DNA of 21,351 bases, taken from positions 1 through 21,351 of IMG/VR virus record IMGVR_UViG_2861043448_000004. The stretch is one strand, 5' to 3'. The translations under genes were made by a program, and so were the position numbers. Positions 16,405 through 21,351 of this stretch are shown here, piece after piece. The number at the start of each line of letters is the position of its first letter. The stretch's first letter is position 1. Under the pieces are notes generated by a model. The model searched no databases and had not been told where the DNA came from. It saw only the letters and a program-made list of their open reading frames with translations. This stretch comes from a virus (Duplodnaviria > Heunggongvirae > Uroviricota > Caudoviricetes).

Positions 16405-17079
16405 ATGAAAACAGTCCATGACATCCGGCGGTCTAACGCCAGAAAACTGAGAGATGGTGTTGGCGGGAATTCTTCCTTTGCCACCATGATTGATCGCGAG
16501 CCAACCCAGACCAGCAGGTTTATGGGAGATGGTGCAACTAAAAATATCGGTGACAGCATGGCACGGCACATCGAAAAATGTTTCGACCTGCCTGTCGGAT
16601 GGCTTGATCAAGAACACCAGACAACGAACATCACAAAAAAACCTGACGTTTCAATCACTAACAAACAAATAACGTTAGTCCCTGTCATATCATGGGTACA
16701 GGCCGGAGCATGGAAAGAAGTTGGCTATTCTGAGGTTGATTTGAGCACAGCAGAAACTTATCCCTGCCCTGTACCCTGTGGCGAAATGACTTATATCTTG
16801 CGGGTGATTGGTGATTCAATGATTGATGAGTACCGCCCGGGAGACATGATTTTTGTTGATCCTGAAGTCCCTGCCTGCCACGGTGACGACGTTATTGCAT
16901 TGATGCACGATACAGGCGAAACCACCTTCAAGCGGTTGATAGAAGATGGAACACAGCGTTACCTCAAAGCATTAAACCCAAACTGGCCTGAACCTTACAT
17001 TAAGATCAACGGTAATTGCTCTATAATTGGTACAGTGATTTTCTCAGGAAAACCAAGAAGATACAAAATAAAGGCCTAA
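16405..17079 (+). CDS. CI-like prophage repressor with LexA-type S24 autopeptidase domain
   Basis: 224 aa; N-terminal HTH; Ala-Gly cleavage site in WVQAGAWKE; catalytic Ser in VIGDSMIDEY and Lys in TTFKRLIEDG. Confidence 0.85.
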   Translation: MKTVHDIRRSNARKLRDGVGGNSSFATMIDREPTQTSRFMGDGATKNIGDSMARHIEKCFDLPVGWLDQEHQTTNITKKPDVSITNKQITLVPVISWVQAGAWKEVGYSEVDLSTAETYPCPVPCGEMTYILRVIGDSMIDEYRPGDMIFVDPEVPACHGDDVIALMHDTGETTFKRLIEDGTQRYLKALNPNWPEPYIKINGNCSIIGTVIFSGKPRRYKIKA

Positions 17080-17091
17080 TCAATATTTATA

Positions 17092-17113
17092 ACCTGCTTC
17101 GGCAGGTTTTTTT
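17092..17113 (+). terminator. Intrinsic terminator after the CI gene
   Basis: ACCTGCttcgGCAGGT hairpin followed by TTTTTTT. Confidence 0.65.
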
Positions 17114-17117
17114 ATAC

Positions 17118-17161
17118 TTGACAATGTACCCTTAAGATACATAATGTATCTATAGGATACA
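17118..17161 (+). promoter_or_regulatory. pL-like promoter overlapped by two operator sites
   Basis: TTGACA (17118..17123), CATAAT (17140..17145); operators TGTACCcttaaGATACA (17125..17141) and TGTATCtatagGATACA (17145..17161) share the half-site family seen in the OR region. Confidence 0.5.
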
Positions 17162-17745
17162 TAACACAGGCAAGATTAAACTAAATTTGGTTGTAACACG
17201 GCGTATGGCACATGCGTCGTTAGCGGTCTGGGGACGTTAAAGGGGACAATCCACTCCTTGCTCGGGCAAACAAACCAGGTAGCCGGAATGTGCAAGTCAA
17301 TGATGATGCTGATAAGACGCCTAACCAGCGTGGCGATCCGGTTTGACGCCTGGGAAGAGACCAGGGTGCAACGATGAGGGCATTTATGGAACCGCGACAA
17401 AGTGTGGTGCCGTAACTGGCTAAGTGCTCTCAGCGTTGTGGTAATCCGCGAAATGGCGCGGCGGTAAGTATGGCGGGGTTACTCTTTCCCCGTTGAGGAC
17501 ACCGGATTGTCAGGTTGACCATACGCCTGAGTGACAACCCCACCACAACAGCCACTGCTTTGGCGGTACCAGTTTGTACACTTGCTTCCGGCTGGTACCG
17601 CTCTTTTTACAAAACAGAGAAGAGCATCACCGGACGACGGGCTCATAACCCAATCCATCCGGGCGGCTGCCACCGCAGGTGTTCTTCTCTGTTTTGTGGA
17701 GAAACCAACCGACCTTGCAGGGTCGATATGATGAGGAGCAGCAAA

Positions 17746-18108
17746 ATGGCTAGCGAACGCAGTACTGATGTGCAGGCATTTATCGGGGAGCTGGACGGCG
17801 GCGTATTTGAAACCAAAATCGGCGCAGTTCTCAGTGAAGTCGCTTCCGGTGTGATGAACACGAAAACCAAAGGTAAGGTCTCACTCAACCTGGAAATCGA
17901 ACCATTTGATGAGAACCGTGTGAAAATCAAACACAAACTCTCATATGTTCGCCCGACTAACCGCGGGAAAATTTCCGAAGAAGACACCACCGAAACGCCG
18001 ATGTATGTCAATCGCGGTGGTCGCCTGACTATTCTGCAGGAGGACCAGGGACAATTACTGACTCTTGCCGGTGAACCTGACGGAAAACTCCGCGCAGCAG
18101 GTCGTTAA
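17746..18108 (+). CDS. Hypothetical phage protein (120 aa), YfdP-like
   Basis: ATG at 17746 with GAGGAG Shine-Dalgarno 8 nt upstream; resemblance to CPS-53 YfdP is from memory by size and position next to a YfdQ-like gene. The 197-aa track ORF is an upstream over-extension. Confidence 0.5.
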   Translation: MASERSTDVQAFIGELDGGVFETKIGAVLSEVASGVMNTKTKGKVSLNLEIEPFDENRVKIKHKLSYVRPTNRGKISEEDTTETPMYVNRGGRLTILQEDQGQLLTLAGEPDGKLRAAGR

Positions 18109-18173
18109 TATCGTTCTTAATAAACTGATTATTTATCTCATCACTGAATATTTTTATATAGTGAGGACTTATT

Positions 18174-18998
18174 ATGTCTCAGAACTTAGACGCAACCGCA
18201 ATTAATCAAATCCATGCCCTTATTTCTGCTCAGGGTGTTAATGAAATTATCAGTAAGATTGGTGCCGATGCTGTGGCATTGCCTGAGAATTTCCGCATTC
18301 ATGATCTGGAAAAATTTAATTTAAATCGCTTCCGTTTCCGTGGTGCGCTTTCCACTGCCAGCATCGATGACTTTACCCGTTATTCTAAAGTTCTTGCAGA
18401 TGAAGGCACCCGCTGCTTTATCGATGCCGATAATATGCGTGCCGTCAGTGTGCTTAACCTGGGTACTATTGATGAACCAGGTCACGCAGATAACACCGCC
18501 ACTCTCAAACTGAAAAAGACAGCACCGTTCTCTGCTCTGTTGTCTGTTAACGGCGAGCGTAACTCCCAGAAGTCACTGGCAGAATGGATTGAAGACTGGG
18601 CCGACTACCTTGTGGGCTTTGATGCTAATGGTGACGCCATTCAGGCAACCAAAGCGGCTGCGGCGATCCGTAAAATCACAATTGAAGCGAACCAGACCGC
18701 TGATTTTGAAGATAATGACTTCAGCGGCAAACGCTCCCTGATGGAGTCTGTCGAAGCGAAGACCAAAGACATTATGCCAGTGGCATTTGAATTTAAATGC
18801 GTTCCGTTTGAAGGTCTGAAAGAACGTCCGTTTAAATTACGCCTCAGCATTATCACTGGCGATCGTCCTGTACTGGTTCTGCGCATTATTCAGCTGGAAG
18901 CGGTACAGGAAGAAATGGCTAACGAATTTCGTGATCTGCTTGTTGAGAAATTCAAAGACAGCAAAGTAGAAACCTTTATTGGTACTTTCACCGCCTGA
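18174..18998 (+). CDS. Hypothetical phage protein (274 aa), YfdQ-like (DUF2303-type)
   Basis: Intact [25 protein letters not shown]...; length and sequence match my recollection of E. coli CPS-53 YfdQ; function unknown. Confidence 0.65.
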   Translation: MSQNLDATAINQIHALISAQGVNEIISKIGADAVALPENFRIHDLEKFNLNRFRFRGALSTASIDDFTRYSKVLADEGTRCFIDADNMRAVSVLNLGTIDEPGHADNTATLKLKKTAPFSALLSVNGERNSQKSLAEWIEDWADYLVGFDANGDAIQATKAAAAIRKITIEANQTADFEDNDFSGKRSLMESVEAKTKDIMPVAFEFKCVPFEGLKERPFKLRLSIITGDRPVLVLRIIQLEAVQEEMANEFRDLLVEKFKDSKVETFIGTFTA

Positions 18999-19172
18999 TT
19001 TCATTACTGCAAATGCCCCTGCGGGGGCGTTTACGGAAGCGATAATTTTAACTATTGCCGCCCCTATAAAGAACCATTAAACAATAACGTGACGAAGCTA
19101 TTGATAGTAAATGAAGCACTTGCAAAATAATTGCATTGCGTATATATACACATGTGTTGTATTACAGCGATA

Positions 19173-19967
19173 ATGGTAAAGCAAATGATTAACTCTGAAG
19201 CAATTGAGCAACTAATGTGGCTATGGTCCTTATTTGACATTAAATTCTTATCTATTCTTGCCGCTGCCTTCACTATATATTTTGGCGTGCAAAAAATATC
19301 AAAAAAGGTGACAGTGTCGTATTCAGCAAATGCAAGTAGAATATATGACATGCATATATCAACCATAATCCTGAATAATAAAAGAGATAATGCAATTGCT
19401 ATATCTTCAATCAATATGGAGGTTGAAGGTAAAGGGATACTACAAGTTATTAAATTTGACTCCCCTCTTCTTTTAAAGAACTATGATTCTTTAAAAGTTG
19501 AACCACCAAAATTTAGCAGCCTTTATAATAATGATGGCGTAGTTAAGTTAGATATTTATGATAAGTTTCATTTTTATATAATCACGACATCTGGAGATGA
19601 AATTAAATGTATTTCTGAAAATAAATATGTGGCACCAAACATGGAAAACAAAATAGCTACAGACATAAGAAAATTTAATGGCATTGTCTTAACAAACAGA
19701 ATGTCTTATATTTTTTTCTATGCAAATGACAACAGAGAGAAATACTGCATAATAGATGTTTCATTGTTCATAAATGGTGACAACCCATTTCATTTTAATT
19801 TTTTAAAAGAAGATGAATTAAGAGATTTTTCTAGCATCCTTATTAGTTACGGATATCACCAACAGTTTAAAAGTTATGCATTGTTTAAAATAGACAACCA
19901 TCTTGCTCCTTCTTTGGTTTTAAATAAATCAATGATAGAAAATAATATTATTGAAATGAATAAGTAA
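19173..19967 (+). CDS. AT-rich membrane-anchored protein of unknown function (cargo gene)
   Basis: Start uncertain (ATG at 19173 or 19185; track ORF begins at a TTG at 19131); one N-terminal hydrophobic helix LMWLWSLFDIKFLSILAAAFTIYFG then about 230 soluble residues rich in N/K/I/F/Y; strongly AT-biased codons relative to neighbours. Confidence 0.55.
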   Translation: MVKQMINSEAIEQLMWLWSLFDIKFLSILAAAFTIYFGVQKISKKVTVSYSANASRIYDMHISTIILNNKRDNAIAISSINMEVEGKGILQVIKFDSPLLLKNYDSLKVEPPKFSSLYNNDGVVKLDIYDKFHFYIITTSGDEIKCISENKYVAPNMENKIATDIRKFNGIVLTNRMSYIFFYANDNREKYCIIDVSLFINGDNPFHFNFLKEDELRDFSSILISYGYHQQFKSYALFKIDNHLAPSLVLNKSMIENNIIEMNK

Positions 19968-20003
19968 CTCACCGGGTGCAGCCGGTTATGATGGAGAAAT
20001 GAT

Positions 20004-20273
20004 ATGAATACCTTGTTTTTACTGATGGCTGAATTCAATACCCCAAACATTGAACTCTCAGCAGTTAGTCAAAAATACTTTGGTATGAGTCCAGCCACAG
20101 CAGAAGCAAAAGCAAACGCTTGTAAGTTGCCTGTACCTACATATCGCATCGGTACATCACAAAAAGCAAAACGCTGCATCAACATTCAGGATCTTGCGGA
20201 ATATATTGACAAAAGACGGGAAGAAGGGCGAGCTGAGTGGGAAAAAGTCAGAACGGAAAAAAAATATAACTAA
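20004..20273 (+). CDS. PrtN-family (pyocin activator-like) DNA-binding protein
   Basis: 89 aa; N-terminus MNTLFLLMAEFNTPNIELSAVSQKYFGMS and LPVPTYRIG ... DLAEYIDKRREE match the PrtN family pattern as I recall it. Confidence 0.55.
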   Translation: MNTLFLLMAEFNTPNIELSAVSQKYFGMSPATAEAKANACKLPVPTYRIGTSQKAKRCINIQDLAEYIDKRREEGRAEWEKVRTEKKYN

Positions 20274-20287
20274 ACTAAAACTATGGA

Positions 20288-20315
20288 TAACCCGTATATG
20301 TACGGGTTATTTTTC
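20288..20315 (+). terminator. Candidate intrinsic terminator between convergent genes
   Basis: AACCCGTAtatgTACGGGTT hairpin followed by ATTTTTC; overlaps the stop codon of the minus-strand gene. Confidence 0.45.
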
Positions 20316-20855
20316 TTTATCACTATCTTTTCTTGATTTGAACAATCCACTAACAACGAAACCAACCAAACCAACAATACTAATTGTACTTGTACCTAGT
20401 AATGCAACGATCGCTTCAACTGGAGCCTTTCCTTCATGTGCAATAAGAAACGATGTAAACATTGCGACAACGAATAAGCACCAACACGACATAAACCAAA
20501 CCGTGAATGATGCCATTTTTGTCCGGAGCTCATTGTCTATTTCTTTACCAGTTGCGTCAGCTATCTTATCCCGTACTTGTGATTTGAGCATATCAAGCTG
20601 AGCTTGAAGACTGTCCATTCTGTTCTGCTGCATAAACTCATGCAATGCACCAGTATTAGAACCAAACTCTTCTTCCTCCAGAATAGCCTTATTTTCTGAA
20701 GAAGAATCATCATCGCGTTCATGATTAGACGGCTCAAATGCGGATTCAAAAGCCTGCTCTTGACTGTCAGTAGAGTTTAAGGATGCTTCAGAGCGACCAT
20801 TTTCAACACCTGCGGCCGCTCCGATCAGTTTATAGATATCTGAATTATGAGACAT
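20307..20855 (-). CDS. Small membrane protein with acidic N-terminal region; candidate toxin partner of the Panacea protein
   Basis: 182 aa; N-terminal half acidic and polar with predicted coiled coil (LQAQLDMLKSQVRDKIADATGKEIDNELRTKM); C-terminal two hydrophobic helices (FTVWFMSCWCLFVVAMFTSFLIA and AIVALLGTSTISIVGLVGFVVSGLF); starts 22 bp downstream of the Panacea gene on the same strand. Confidence 0.55.
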   Translation of the reverse strand: MSHNSDIYKLIGAAAGVENGRSEASLNSTDSQEQAFESAFEPSNHERDDDSSSENKAILEEEEFGSNTGALHEFMQQNRMDSLQAQLDMLKSQVRDKIADATGKEIDNELRTKMASFTVWFMSCWCLFVVAMFTSFLIAHEGKAPVEAIVALLGTSTISIVGLVGFVVSGLFKSRKDSDKEK

Positions 20856-20877
20856 GTCATCCCTGAATATTACTTTT

Positions 20878-21351
20878 TCAGAGGCCCTGACATTGCTGTC
20901 GGTTATTCAATAAATCATGATAATAAGCCTTGATCGCATCATTTGAGATGATCGACGAGCCAATACCATTATAAGCTTGTGACCAAGGCGTACCTGGCAT
21001 ATGAGTTAGAGTTGATAACTCAATTCCATTTTTCGAGCCGTAAAACTTATAAACAGCCCCGATAATGCTCTCTGCTTGCGGATCCATAGTAACGATGCCA
21101 CCAAAAGGAGCTACTGCTACATTCGTAACAGGTTTATTCCCATAGTCTTTGAAAGCATCGTACATTCCAGGAATAACTGGACCGTACTTCCACGCGGAGA
21201 CACATTCATTGAGCAAAGGCTTACCTGTTAATGCTAAATAGTAACCATGGGCAATATAAGTAAGCTTCTGCAGTTGCATGTGGGTCAGAGGATTATGATG
21301 TTGGTTTCCCAACGTTATGAATTTATTGGCTATTTGTACCGGACTGTACAT
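20878..21351 (-). CDS. Panacea-domain (DUF4065, SocA-like) protein; candidate antitoxin
   Basis: 157 aa; MQLQKLTYIAHGYYLALTGKPLLNECVSAWKYGPVIPGMYDAFKDYG matches the Panacea core pattern (KLQKLLYyaqG ... pLf ... AW.yGPV ... Y). Start codon is the last three bases of the window, so the upstream region is unseen. Confidence 0.65.
   Translation of the reverse strand: MYSPVQIANKFITLGNQHHNPLTHMQLQKLTYIAHGYYLALTGKPLLNECVSAWKYGPVIPGMYDAFKDYGNKPVTNVAVAPFGGIVTMDPQAESIIGAVYKFYGSKNGIELSTLTHMPGTPWSQAYNGIGSSIISNDAIKAYYHDLLNNRQQCQGL

Noticed and set aside
17176-17673. Minus-strand ORFs of 74 and 64 aa in the pL-downstream region
   Set aside because: Antisense to the direction of transcription from the pL-like promoter, no ribosome-binding sites; the interval is better explained as non-coding RNA structure.
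1-21351. tRNA or rRNA genes
   Set aside because: None recognised by eye; integration is into the protein-coding dusA 5' end rather than a tRNA. A tRNA scan would be needed to be certain.

Overview
The window covers the chromosomal pspG-dusA locus of an E. coli-like enterobacterium and, from about 1.6 kb onward, a lambdoid prophage integrated at the 5' end of dusA that runs past the right edge. The prophage is defective: the terminase large-subunit gene is cut short and joined, across a single in-frame TGA, to a side tail fibre gene that has lost its N-terminal region, so all head and tail genes between them are missing; a second deletion has fused the start of rusA to the end of an endolysin gene, removing Q and the holin. 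The immunity region is intact (SOS-cleavable CI, divergent Cro, shared 17-bp operators), as are integrase, DinI, terminase small subunit, a cos-like site, Rz/Rz1, a Dam-like methyltransferase and a replication initiator with internal iterons. The most interesting cargo is an AT-rich two-gene cassette next to the integrase: a multi-pass membrane protein overlapping a 456-aa reverse transcriptase, preceded by a promoter and a structured 155-nt leader. This looks like an RT-based anti-phage module whose arrangement I do not recognise as a described type. Other cargo includes a Panacea-domain protein paired with a small membrane protein (candidate toxin-antitoxin), an AT-rich membrane-anchored protein of unknown function, a LexA DNA-binding-domain-only protein, and a 600-bp ORF-free structured region downstream of the pL-like promoter. 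All homology calls are from reading the translations and from memory of protein families; no searches were run.
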